Source: a virus (Duplodnaviria; Caudoviricetes). Taken from it: a DNA stretch of 64,000 bases. The DNA lies in the IMG/VR virus record IMGVR_UViG_3300032893_000041, positions 241 to 64,240 of that record; one strand, given 5' to 3'. This document shows, piece after piece, positions 1-9,216 of the stretch. The notes beneath the pieces were generated by a model that searched no databases, had not been told where the DNA came from, and saw nothing but the letters and a program-made list of their open reading frames with translations. The first letter of the stretch is position 1; each line of letters opens with the position of its first letter. Made by a program: the position numbers and the translations under genes.

Positions 1-1473
1 CGATCAATCGTCGTGCCAAACACAGTTCAGCAATATTGGGTCGACAACTCGACCACGGGCGCTTTTACGGTAGACGTAAAGACGGCGGCTCAAGTTACGC
101 CGGTTGCGATAACGCAAGGCCAACGAGCTATCATGTACTGCGACGGAACTAATGTTCTTGATGCCGATACGCAGGGTATTGCGACGCCAGTGGCCATCGC
201 GCAAGGCGGCACGGGTGCTACGACGGCACCTAATGCTCGCACTAATTTAGGCTCAACAGCGGTAGGTGACGCGCTATTTATTGCGGCTAGCGCAGCGGCG
301 GCACGTACGGCTCTCGGGTCCGGTGCCGTGGGCGACGCGGTCTTTACGGCTGGTACTTTCGCGGCGGCCGGCGCTGCCATGAACGCGGCCATACTCAATC
401 AAGCTAACAGTTTTTCCGTCAGTGGACAGACCATTTCAACCCTTGGGACTTCGTTTCTATTATCCCTCGGTAGTAGCGATGCTGGGTCGGGCGAGGCGGT
501 GGCCGCGCAATTTGCGCGCTCCAGCGGCAGCCCTGCCGACAACGATTTGTTGATGTCTCTGAGGTGGATGGGTCTTTCCAACGGACCGGTGCAGCGCGAG
601 TTTGCCGGCATGGTAGCTAAGGCCGTGCACGTTGCAAACACGGCAGAAGACGGTGAAATGCGGCACCGCACCATAGTGGCCGGCGCCGTGGCCGACCGCA
701 TGGTATTGGGCAAGGGCCTTCGCATTCAAGGCGCAGCCGGCGCCGATCCTACTGGTGGCGATACTGGAATCGGTTCAATCAATGCGGCTGGGTTGTATTA
801 TGTCAACGGCAACCCACTAGCGCTATCTGACATCATTACTACCGGCACCACGGCAGCGCCGGGTCTGTCTGATCACGGAAAACTATACGCGCCAACCGGT
901 GCCGGCTTTACGTTGACGTTGCCGCAGATTTCGACCGTTTTTCAAGGCTACAAGGTTGGCATTCATAATTATTGCGCCTCCGGCACTTGCATAGCCAATC
1001 GGTCATCGACTGACACGATTATAAGTCAGGGTACTGGTGGTCTCACCAGCCTTACCTTGCCGACGGTATCTGACCTAGTATGGTTCAAGGCCGACGTTGC
1101 CAATTCGCGCTGGCTGGTCGAAGGAGAGCGCAGTTTCGAATCCACGGCGGTGGCTCTTACTACCGGCGCTACCAACACTCAAGCACACAGCCTTGGAGTA
1201 CGGCCCAATTACGTGCAATTGTTCGCTCGTTGCGTCACGGCTGATAGTAACTACGCAGTGGGCGACGAGATACCGATGCCGGGCCAGTGCTACGCCGGGA
1301 GCAATGCCATTCAGAAGGCGTGCGATGCCAATGCAACCAACGTCTACATCATCCAAGGAACCGGCGGTGATGCTGCTAACTTCCGTCTTCTAGATCGTAC
1401 CTCGCCGGCCGCGCAGATATTGACCACGACGGCCAGTTGGAATCTCGTTGTACGCGCTCGCGTGGTGAATTAA
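1..1473 (+). CDS. Tail fibre/tail protein, C-terminal part (5' truncated; probably continues the ORF starting at 63259)
   Basis: Frame open from base 1 (RSIVVPNTVQQYWVDN...); contains the fibre-typical motif VAIAQGGTGATTAPNARTNLG; Ala/Gly/Thr-rich. Confidence 0.75.
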   Translation, partial: RSIVVPNTVQQYWVDNSTTGAFTVDVKTAAQVTPVAITQGQRAIMYCDGTNVLDADTQGIATPVAIAQGGTGATTAPNARTNLGSTAVGDALFIAASAAAARTALGSGAVGDAVFTAGTFAAAGAAMNAAILNQANSFSVSGQTISTLGTSFLLSLGSSDAGSGEAVAAQFARSSGSPADNDLLMSLRWMGLSNGPVQREFAGMVAKAVHVANTAEDGEMRHRTIVAGAVADRMVLGKGLRIQGAAGADPTGGDTGIGSINAAGLYYVNGNPLALSDIITTGTTAAPGLSDHGKLYAPTGAGFTLTLPQISTVFQGYKVGIHNYCASGTCIANRSSTDTIISQGTGGLTSLTLPTVSDLVWFKADVANSRWLVEGERSFESTAVALTTGATNTQAHSLGVRPNYVQLFARCVTADSNYAVGDEIPMPGQCYAGSNAIQKACDANATNVYIIQGTGGDAANFRLLDRTSPAAQILTTTASWNLVVRARVVN

Positions 1474-3032
1474 TGCCTGAGTGGACGCCAGTACCCATTC
1501 TTTTTAAGGCTGGTATAAAGCGAGACGGTACCCAGTTTGAAGGTAATTATTGCGTGGATGGTAAATGGTGCCGGTTCCTTCGCAATGGTTTGCCGGCAAA
1601 AATAAACGGATACCGCAGGCTCTCTTCATCGCTGCAAGGCCCGCCGCGCGAACTACATAACTTTAATAAAACTGGATATACATACGCGCACAACGGACAC
1701 CAGGGCGGCATCGAGCGCGTGTTACTGGACTCGATGGGTAACGTCGCCTCCATCGTGGATCGGACGCCGGCAGGATTTACCGTCGATGTTAATAATGACT
1801 GGCAGATAGAGGAGTTATTTGACGCTACCGGTTCCAAGACGAGCATCATTGCGCATGCAGCGCCGAATCTCGTCAATATTGATAACGCGACGGCCTTTCC
1901 TTACTACGTTGGTGATATCGACGGCGTCGCGGCGCTTACCGTGGTTGCGGCAACCGATTGCTCGGGCGGCGTCTGCACGTTGCACCCGTACGTAGTACGC
2001 TATTCGTCGGACGGCTTCATCGGGTGGTCGGTTCCGAATAAACCGGCCGATATCGTCGGCGCCGGGTCGGGTAATGCGCGCGTCACGGGGCAGAAGATCA
2101 TCAAGGGCCTTCCGTTGCGCGGAGGAAGTCAAGCTCCGGCTGGTATTTTCTGGTCCATTGACGCCATCATCCGCTGCTACTTCGTCGGGACGACCGCTGG
2201 TACGTTTGCATTCGATGAGATCACTAATCAGGCGTCCATTCTTTCGGCCAACTCGGTAATCGAGTACGACGGCATTTATTACTGGATTGGTGTCGATCGG
2301 TTCATGATGTACAACGGCGTCATTCAAGAAGTGCCCAACTTTTTGAATTTGGATTTCTTCTTTGATAACTTGAACTACGGATATCGCGGCAAGGTCTACG
2401 CGTTCAAAGTGACGCGGCGCGGCGAAATCTGGTTCTGCGCTCCGTTGTTCGGTGCTACTGAACCTAACTGGGCCGTGATTTACAACGTGCGCTTGTCGCA
2501 GGCCCTCGGCTATCCAGTGTGGTACGATACGCCGCTTCCAGACAGCGGGCGCGGCGCGGCGGCTTATGCGACCGTTCTACAATCACCGCTGATGACCGGC
2601 GTGGACGTGGCGTCCGGAACCTATTCGCTATGGCAGCACGAATACGGCGTGGACAGGGTTGACGGGGCTAACGCCTATGCGGTAGAATCTTACTTTGAGA
2701 CGGCGGACATGATGTACGCCACCATGCAGGCGGCCCCGGAACTGGCTAATAAGGCAATGCACTGCGAATTTATCGAACCGGATTTTGTGCAGATCGGCGA
2801 TATGACGGTCCAAGTAAGCGGTCGCGTCAATGCTCGGTCGCCACAGGTATATAGCAACCCAGTATCGTTCCCGGCATCGGCGGCTGGTGATTCTTTTAAG
2901 GAACTCGTGCCGATGAGAGAAGAACGTCGGCAGATGCGATTTAAGTTTAGTAGCAATGTTGCCGGCGGCTATTATCAGATGGGGCAAGCGTTAGCACATA
3001 TAGGCCCGGCCGAAGGAAGGATTCGGTCATGA
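1473..3032 (+). CDS. Tail tubular/nozzle-like structural protein
   Basis: ~520 aa beta-rich protein; ATG overlaps the upstream TAA; lies between fibre and internal proteins as in podoviruses. Confidence 0.55.
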   Translation: MPEWTPVPILFKAGIKRDGTQFEGNYCVDGKWCRFLRNGLPAKINGYRRLSSSLQGPPRELHNFNKTGYTYAHNGHQGGIERVLLDSMGNVASIVDRTPAGFTVDVNNDWQIEELFDATGSKTSIIAHAAPNLVNIDNATAFPYYVGDIDGVAALTVVAATDCSGGVCTLHPYVVRYSSDGFIGWSVPNKPADIVGAGSGNARVTGQKIIKGLPLRGGSQAPAGIFWSIDAIIRCYFVGTTAGTFAFDEITNQASILSANSVIEYDGIYYWIGVDRFMMYNGVIQEVPNFLNLDFFFDNLNYGYRGKVYAFKVTRRGEIWFCAPLFGATEPNWAVIYNVRLSQALGYPVWYDTPLPDSGRGAAAYATVLQSPLMTGVDVASGTYSLWQHEYGVDRVDGANAYAVESYFETADMMYATMQAAPELANKAMHCEFIEPDFVQIGDMTVQVSGRVNARSPQVYSNPVSFPASAAGDSFKELVPMREERRQMRFKFSSNVAGGYYQMGQALAHIGPAEGRIRS

Positions 3033-3259
3033 GCGTGGCAGTAGTTCCGAATCCAATAGGTCTTACGTTCAATCGATGGTCGGCGGAACTGTGCCATCAG
3101 GACGTAACGGTACCGTTGCCATTTTCGGAGGATCGCTGGCGAGATTGGGGAGCGCAGTTTTTGCTAGTTTCCGGGGCGGACCCGGCATTACCAAGTCCGT
3201 ATTCATTTAAAAAATGGCAGGACTGGGCTAGAGAGTTAAAGAAAAGCTTAAACGCATGA
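3029..3259 (+). CDS. Small Trp-rich hypothetical virion-region protein
   Basis: 76 aa; ATGA overlap with the upstream gene; W-x-D-W repeats. Confidence 0.6.
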   Translation: MSVAVVPNPIGLTFNRWSAELCHQDVTVPLPFSEDRWRDWGAQFLLVSGADPALPSPYSFKKWQDWARELKKSLNA

Positions 3260-3265
3260 GAGGGA

Positions 3266-4213
3266 TTGATGGTTAACCATCTGACTACGCAATTTCGGCG
3301 CGGCGGCCTCAAGGTGGCGGCTAATGCCGTGCGGAGCGCAGGGCGGTTCGGAGACAGGCACTTGGTGCACGTCAACGATCGAGAGCTGCGCCAGATGACG
3401 GACGCTTGGGGCGCCCCTACCGTCAATCCCGATACCGGTCAACCGGAGTTCTTTGACTTCGGTGGCCTTTTGGGCGACATCGTAGGCGGCATTGGGGACG
3501 TTGTGAATGCGGTCGGGCCTATCGCCGGCCCGATCATGAGTCTGTTTACCGGGGCGCCCGCCGCGCCCGGAACCGGTCAGCAAACTACCTATACGCCACC
3601 TATCGGTCAGGGTGGTCCGCATCTCACTACCATTGCCGCTCCGAGTTCATCGTCATCGCCGCTGTCTGGCCTAGCCAGCGTGCTAGGTGGATTCTTCAAC
3701 CCGAAAAAGAACCCGGTCGGCATGGGAGCGCTCGTTTCGCTCATTGATGCGCTTTACCCACCAAAGACACCATCCGTGGCCCAGCAATTTGCTACAGTGC
3801 AGAACGCGGCAACGAAAGGTGTTCCTGGATGGAATACGCCGCTGCCGACCGCGACCTATAACAACCCGCAAGTCATGCCGACGGGTGATCTCACTCGTTA
3901 TGGGGAGACGGGCGGGCAGGACTTCTATCCCGGCACGGACATGCCGGTCATTCAGAAGGCTCGAGGAGGCATGGGTCGCTTTCTAAACGGACCGGACGGC
4001 GGTCAAGAGGACACAGTGCCGGCCAATCTTTCGGACGGTGAATACGTCATGGACGCCACCACCGTATCCGACCTCGGAGACGGCAATCCCGCTGCCGGGG
4101 CTAAGAAGCTGGATCAGATGCGCGACCGCATCGCCCGCCATAAGGGCCGCCGGAAGCGCGTTCCTAACAAGTCTCATGCGAACGCGCTGGCATACCTTCC
4201 GGGAGCTAAATAA
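3266..4213 (+). CDS. Putative internal virion protein with two GG-preceded small domains
   Basis: FRRGG...GDRHLVHVNDRE...NPDTGQPEFF and KARGG...EDTVPANLSDGEYV motifs; GAGGG RBS. Confidence 0.6.
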   Translation: MMVNHLTTQFRRGGLKVAANAVRSAGRFGDRHLVHVNDRELRQMTDAWGAPTVNPDTGQPEFFDFGGLLGDIVGGIGDVVNAVGPIAGPIMSLFTGAPAAPGTGQQTTYTPPIGQGGPHLTTIAAPSSSSSPLSGLASVLGGFFNPKKNPVGMGALVSLIDALYPPKTPSVAQQFATVQNAATKGVPGWNTPLPTATYNNPQVMPTGDLTRYGETGGQDFYPGTDMPVIQKARGGMGRFLNGPDGGQEDTVPANLSDGEYVMDATTVSDLGDGNPAAGAKKLDQMRDRIARHKGRRKRVPNKSHANALAYLPGAK

Positions 4214-5353
4214 ATGAGCATCGGATCATTTCTCTTCGAGGGTACGACGCCACCGCCTAAGACGACGGCGAGCAGCACGTCCACTCAATACCCGCAATGG
4301 TACACCGACTATCAGAAGGGGTTGTTGGCTAAGGCGGATGTTCTCGGAGCGCAGCCGGCACCCGTCTACGGTGGGCAGCGCGTCGCCGCCTTGCAGCCGC
4401 AACAGCAGCAAGCTTTCAACTTGGCGAGTTCTAGTGTCGGTAAGTACCAGCCGCTGTTGAATGAGGCGCAGGCCGGTTACGAGTCGGCCAGCAATCCGAA
4501 TCTTAATTCGGATGTGTTTAACTCATATAAGTCTCCGTATATCAACGATGTGGTAAATCAAATTGCGACGCTGGGTAACCGAAACCTGATGGAGAACGTG
4601 CTGCCCAACGTATCCGACCAGTTCATCAGGTCTGGCCAGTTCGGCTCGTCACCGCAAGGAGAATTTACGGCTCGAGCCATCCGGGACAGCGATGCTAACG
4701 TCCTCAATGCGCAGACGCAAGCGTTGCAGGCGGCCGAAGAAGCCGCGATGTCTAACTACCAGACCGCCATGGGCCGCCAGATGACCGGCGCCAGCAACCT
4801 TGCTGGCCTCGCCGATACCAGTCAGGGCATTGGCCTCAAGGATATCGGAACCCTAGAGGCTGCTGGTTCGGAACAGCAACAGCAACAGCAGAAGAATCTC
4901 GATACCGCATACTCCGATTGGCAAGAGCAGACGGCCTATCCTCGCAATACGGTGGACTGGATCAGTCAAGTTCTCAACGCGCAGACCCCTTCGGCCGTCA
5001 CGTCGAACGTGTCCACGCAGCCAGCGGGATACGTCAATCCGTCGCCGTTGCAGAGCTTCCTTGGCACCACGGCGGCCTTCTCGGGCCTCAAGAAGGGCGG
5101 CCTCGCCAAGTGTAAGGGCGGTCGCATGAAGTATGACATGGGCGGCCCCGTATACCCACGTGCCCTCCGCGTGGCACCGCCGCCGGTCCCAATGACGGAT
5201 GACTCGCGCTATGGATGGATTCGCAATCGATCAGTACAACCAATGGTGAGTCCGCCATCTCCGACAGGTGCCGATCCGCGCTACGGATGGATTCGCCGTC
5301 CATCAATTATGCCGAATGCCAGGAAGGGCGGCCTCGCCCTCTGTGGAGCATAG
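4214..5353 (+). CDS. Putative DNA ejection/pilot internal virion protein
   Basis: Gln/Ala/Ser-rich helical protein (YKSPYINDVV, GQFGSS); C-terminal cluster of GG motifs. Confidence 0.6.
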   Translation: MSIGSFLFEGTTPPPKTTASSTSTQYPQWYTDYQKGLLAKADVLGAQPAPVYGGQRVAALQPQQQQAFNLASSSVGKYQPLLNEAQAGYESASNPNLNSDVFNSYKSPYINDVVNQIATLGNRNLMENVLPNVSDQFIRSGQFGSSPQGEFTARAIRDSDANVLNAQTQALQAAEEAAMSNYQTAMGRQMTGASNLAGLADTSQGIGLKDIGTLEAAGSEQQQQQQKNLDTAYSDWQEQTAYPRNTVDWISQVLNAQTPSAVTSNVSTQPAGYVNPSPLQSFLGTTAAFSGLKKGGLAKCKGGRMKYDMGGPVYPRALRVAPPPVPMTDDSRYGWIRNRSVQPMVSPPSPTGADPRYGWIRRPSIMPNARKGGLALCGA

Positions 5354-5356
5354 CCG

Positions 5357-7039
5357 ATGGGCGCCTTGCAGATTATGACCGATCCGCCGCAGGATGATGT
5401 TGATCCGCAGGACGCGGCCGAGAATGCCTTGGTCGGAGGCGCGGAAGGTTACGGTGATCCGGCCACGGGCTATGGCCTCGACATCAACGATCCGTCAGCG
5501 TGGATACCGGACACGTCGTCCGCTCAATCTGCCTTGGCCAAAATGCGTTCGCTGTCCGAGTCTTATCTCGGCGGCGAAGACATGGGGCAGGCATTCGACG
5601 AGATAAAGCAAAGCAAGTTGAACGCCTTGCGCGCGGCCCGCGCCGCGTATCAGCCGCCGGTTGATCGCTCAAACCTCGCCCGGCTGGCGCTTGGCGCGGC
5701 CATGATGCAACCGACGATATCCGGGCATCTAAGCGAAGGCATCAGCAACGGGATACAGGCGATGTTGCCGTGGTTGGCGGCGCAGCGCAACACGGAAGAT
5801 TACAACCGGCAGGGTCTGGCGGGAATAAGCGCTCAGGAGGCAGAGCTTCCGGGCGATATTCTGTCGTCTCGCCTCACGACCGGCACCGATCTCTTGACCA
5901 AGGCACAAGAACTTGAATTCAAGATTCGCGACCTGCAACAGCGCGGTCTATGGCAGCAGATGAGCGCGGCGGCGCGGCTCAAAGCCGCCAACATCATGGC
6001 GCAGGCTAGGCGCGATACCGCGAACATTAATCAGCAAGGTAGCAACGAGCGGCGCATGCAGGGTCTCGTTCAGCAGGCGCAGACGCTCGCCAAGCAAGAC
6101 GCGCAAAACCTCATTGCCATGCATTACAACCTGCCCGCCGATCAATACGACAAGTGGGTGGACGACCGGACCGCCCATATCATGCAAAGCTGGGGATACA
6201 AGCCGGAAGACTATCAGGGTGTGTTCAACGTCGGGCAGCAACCGAACCCGGCGGAGGCTGAACTACAAAACGAACTTAGCCAGGAAGCCGTGCAGCGCGA
6301 CCCTGGCGGGGCTATTCCCCCTTCGGCCGCCGCGCCGGGCGCGTCTGGTCCGCACCCCGGTGACTTCCATGTTCCGACAGGCTCGACTGCCACGCCCCCG
6401 GCGGTTAAGCCTCAGACGGCGGCAGCTCCTCCTCAACCGGCTGCCGCCGTCGCCACCCCGGACGCTACCATAGCGGCGGCTGAGAACGCAACCGGGTCCG
6501 GCAATGATTGGAGCAGAGCTGCCGCTCAGTTAACGCCGCAGGAGCAGAAGGACGTTGATACGGCGGACGAGAATACTAACACTCTGATGATGGCTGAGAA
6601 GGGCCTCAATGACGCGTTGGCGCTGAACGACAAGGCATGGGGTGGGGCGCTGGCGGGTGCGCATGCATGGGTGCAGCGCAATCTGCGCGGCGTCGTGCCG
6701 GGTTATCACATGTCCGATGAGGCCGTCAACACGACCAATTTTCAGAACATCATCGACCAGCAAGTATTGCAGAACCTAAAGGCGTCGTTTGGCAGCACCG
6801 GCATCACGGAAGGCGAGCGCGCTTTCTTACGGACCGTGCAAGGGTCGGTCAATTTGTCGCCGGAGGAGCGGAGGCCGATTCTGGAACGCGGCAAACTGTT
6901 CATTGCTAAGCGGCGTCAATACAACGAGTGGAAGTCGAAGGCTATCCGCGACGGCAACTACCGCAATCAGTCGTACGCGGAATATCTGAAATCGATCAAC
7001 GACCCGATGTACGAGCAGATAGTGGGGAAGACGCCATGA
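5357..7039 (+). CDS. Putative internal virion/ejection protein
   Basis: 560 aa Ala/Gln-rich with Pro/Ala linker; C-terminal FGSTGITEGERAFL-type domain; starts MGAL. Confidence 0.6.
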   Translation: MGALQIMTDPPQDDVDPQDAAENALVGGAEGYGDPATGYGLDINDPSAWIPDTSSAQSALAKMRSLSESYLGGEDMGQAFDEIKQSKLNALRAARAAYQPPVDRSNLARLALGAAMMQPTISGHLSEGISNGIQAMLPWLAAQRNTEDYNRQGLAGISAQEAELPGDILSSRLTTGTDLLTKAQELEFKIRDLQQRGLWQQMSAAARLKAANIMAQARRDTANINQQGSNERRMQGLVQQAQTLAKQDAQNLIAMHYNLPADQYDKWVDDRTAHIMQSWGYKPEDYQGVFNVGQQPNPAEAELQNELSQEAVQRDPGGAIPPSAAAPGASGPHPGDFHVPTGSTATPPAVKPQTAAAPPQPAAAVATPDATIAAAENATGSGNDWSRAAAQLTPQEQKDVDTADENTNTLMMAEKGLNDALALNDKAWGGALAGAHAWVQRNLRGVVPGYHMSDEAVNTTNFQNIIDQQVLQNLKASFGSTGITEGERAFLRTVQGSVNLSPEERRPILERGKLFIAKRRQYNEWKSKAIRDGNYRNQSYAEYLKSINDPMYEQIVGKTP

Positions 7040-7099
7040 ACGTATCGAACTTTTCGACGGCGGTTAACGACCCCATATTTCTAGTGAAGGAGAGGTCCC

Positions 7100-7189
7100 A
7101 TGTGGGTCCTATGGTTGATACTTGGTGTGGTGGTCTTAAGGATCGCCATGTGGCAACTCGGAGTGTGGTTCGTCCAGCGCTTCCGGTAG
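7100..7189 (+). CDS. 29-aa hydrophobic membrane peptide (not in ORF track)
   Basis: AAGGAGAGG RBS then MWVLWLILGVVVLRIAMWQLGVWFVQRFR*. Confidence 0.5.
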   Translation: MWVLWLILGVVVLRIAMWQLGVWFVQRFR

Positions 7190-7199
7190 GAGGCGCCTG

Positions 7200-8843
7200 A
7201 TGGGTGCCCTCGCGGACCTCGCGTTGACCGCCTTAAAGCGGGCGGCAGCGGGATCAGCCACGGGCGCCGGGATGGCCGCCATTACGTCGGGCGGCGATCC
7301 TTCGGCCATCGGGACGGGCGCTATCGGTGGCGGGATTGCCGGCGGGGCGACCACGGGCCTCGGGCTGACGGGCGGCGCTCTGGCCAAGATGGCAGGCACC
7401 ATGCGCGACCCGGCCAACCGGGCGCGGGCCATGCTTTTGAAGCGGATGGAGATGGACAGCCTGTCTCCGTACGAGCTGGGCATGCGGGCCAATCAGGGAC
7501 GACCCGGCGTGACGCCGTTGTTCACCCACGGCAAGCGCAACCTCTTGACGCTGACGGAGATGGGCTATCAGCAACCGGGTCCGGGTCGCAACGTCGTCGA
7601 CGACTATTACAAGCAATTCTTTCAGAACCAGGGCAACCGCGTTCAAAACGCCGTCAACTTCCATCTAGGCGCTGATCCGCGTGCCACGCAGACAGTAAAG
7701 GCATTGCAGACGTTGAAGCAGGCCGCCGCCGACCCGCTGTATAAGGAAGCGTACGCGAACCTTCCGGACTTCCACGATGAGGAGATGGACGACATCTTGG
7801 CACGGGCGGAGAAGCTGGGTGCCTTCGGCAAGATGCAAACGATACAGACGGCGGACAAGAGCGTGCCGCAGGACCTACCACGGTCCGTCGAGTTGGAAGA
7901 CGGAACGAAGGTCTACCGTATGGGGACGCAGCACGCAGACCTCGTGAAGCGCGGCCTGGACTCGATCATCAACGACCATACCGACGACATGACTGGGCGC
8001 ATGGACGACGTTGGCCGCGCCGTAACCGGCCTCAAGAAGCGTTTCCTCGACCGCATGGACGAACTGAACCCGGCATACGCGAAGGCGCGCAAGGCATGGA
8101 GCGATCCGACTACGTCGCAGAATGCCGTTAACATGGGCGTCAAGTTCCTCAGCACGCCGGTCGATCAGATGGACCACTGGGTCGAGAAGTTCGACCACCT
8201 GTCGGACGGCGATCAAGACTTCTTTCGCACGGGCGTGGCCACTGGCATCCGCAACCGCATGCTGTCCGGCACGGAAGGTCAGGATGTGGTGAAGAAGTTC
8301 TTCACCAACAAGGCGTCGCGCGAGAAGTTGCGGGCCATCTTCCCCGATCAAGCGTCCTTCGACGCGTTCGCCCGGAGCATGGACGAGGAACTGCGCATCG
8401 CCGGAAGCAAGAACGTCGTAACCGGCAATTCCCGCACGGCGGGCCGTCAGATCGAGCAGAGCCAGCTCGAGCCGCAGGACCTGGACCTGTTTGGCGACAT
8501 CATGCATCTGGCTCGCGGCAACCCGATTCCGCTGGTCGGCAGCGTGTGGCGCCGCTTGCAGGCCAGGGGCATCGGTCCGGAGACGAGCCACGAGCTGCTA
8601 AAGATGCTGTACGAGAGCGACCCCGGCAAGATCAAGGCACTGGCATCTACATTGCGGGGCCTGCAACGGAAGACGCGCGCCATCCAGACCGGAAAGGGCG
8701 CGGTCGGAACCGGGGTAGCCGGCGGGGCGGGCGCCCTGGCCGGCGTCGATATTGGGCAGGACTTCACGGGTGGGCCGGGTGATGATAGTACGGTGTCACG
8801 CGACGATCCGGTCGACATCGACTCCATTCCTGGTGTACAGTAG
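7200..8843 (+). CDS. Putative internal virion/ejection protein
   Basis: 547 aa; Gly/Ala-rich ends; GNSRTAGR motif typical of phage DNA-transfer proteins; starts MGAL. Confidence 0.6.
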   Translation: MGALADLALTALKRAAAGSATGAGMAAITSGGDPSAIGTGAIGGGIAGGATTGLGLTGGALAKMAGTMRDPANRARAMLLKRMEMDSLSPYELGMRANQGRPGVTPLFTHGKRNLLTLTEMGYQQPGPGRNVVDDYYKQFFQNQGNRVQNAVNFHLGADPRATQTVKALQTLKQAAADPLYKEAYANLPDFHDEEMDDILARAEKLGAFGKMQTIQTADKSVPQDLPRSVELEDGTKVYRMGTQHADLVKRGLDSIINDHTDDMTGRMDDVGRAVTGLKKRFLDRMDELNPAYAKARKAWSDPTTSQNAVNMGVKFLSTPVDQMDHWVEKFDHLSDGDQDFFRTGVATGIRNRMLSGTEGQDVVKKFFTNKASREKLRAIFPDQASFDAFARSMDEELRIAGSKNVVTGNSRTAGRQIEQSQLEPQDLDLFGDIMHLARGNPIPLVGSVWRRLQARGIGPETSHELLKMLYESDPGKIKALASTLRGLQRKTRAIQTGKGAVGTGVAGGAGALAGVDIGQDFTGGPGDDSTVSRDDPVDIDSIPGVQ

Positions 8844-8847
8844 CATC

Positions 8848-9216
8848 ATGGGCGCCATATCCAAGATCATTCAAGAATTGAGGGCCGCCGCTCAGTTCGG
8901 TGACCATGAGATGCGGCAGACGGCCTGGGAGAAGCTGTTGGATGAGCATGCGGTCCAACCGGGTCATATTCGTCCCATTAGTGCTGGAGACCTGGGAGCC
9001 GATCCGTCCTTGCAACACGACTTGGACCGCTACGTCAATCATTTCAACATCTATCACGACCCCAATGCTGAAAAGTACCTGACCGGGGGTGACTGGCGCG
9101 ACACCCACGAGGACGACGCCTGGGAGCACCTAGAAAATATGGAGCAGGACATCCTGGACCAGATAGCCCCAGTGGACGAGAGAGCCGGGGCCATCGCTAA
9201 ATTAAGAGCGCAGTAA
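8848..9216 (+). CDS. Small putative cargo protein (starts MGAISKII)
   Basis: ATG 4 nt after the upstream stop; TAATG coupling to the next gene. Confidence 0.55.
   Translation: MGAISKIIQELRAAAQFGDHEMRQTAWEKLLDEHAVQPGHIRPISAGDLGADPSLQHDLDRYVNHFNIYHDPNAEKYLTGGDWRDTHEDDAWEHLENMEQDILDQIAPVDERAGAIAKLRAQ

Noticed and set aside
5351-5359. Stop-codon readthrough fusing 4214-5353 with the in-frame 5357 ORF
   Set aside because: Only in-frame adjacency supports it; there is no other sign of TAG recoding in the genome.
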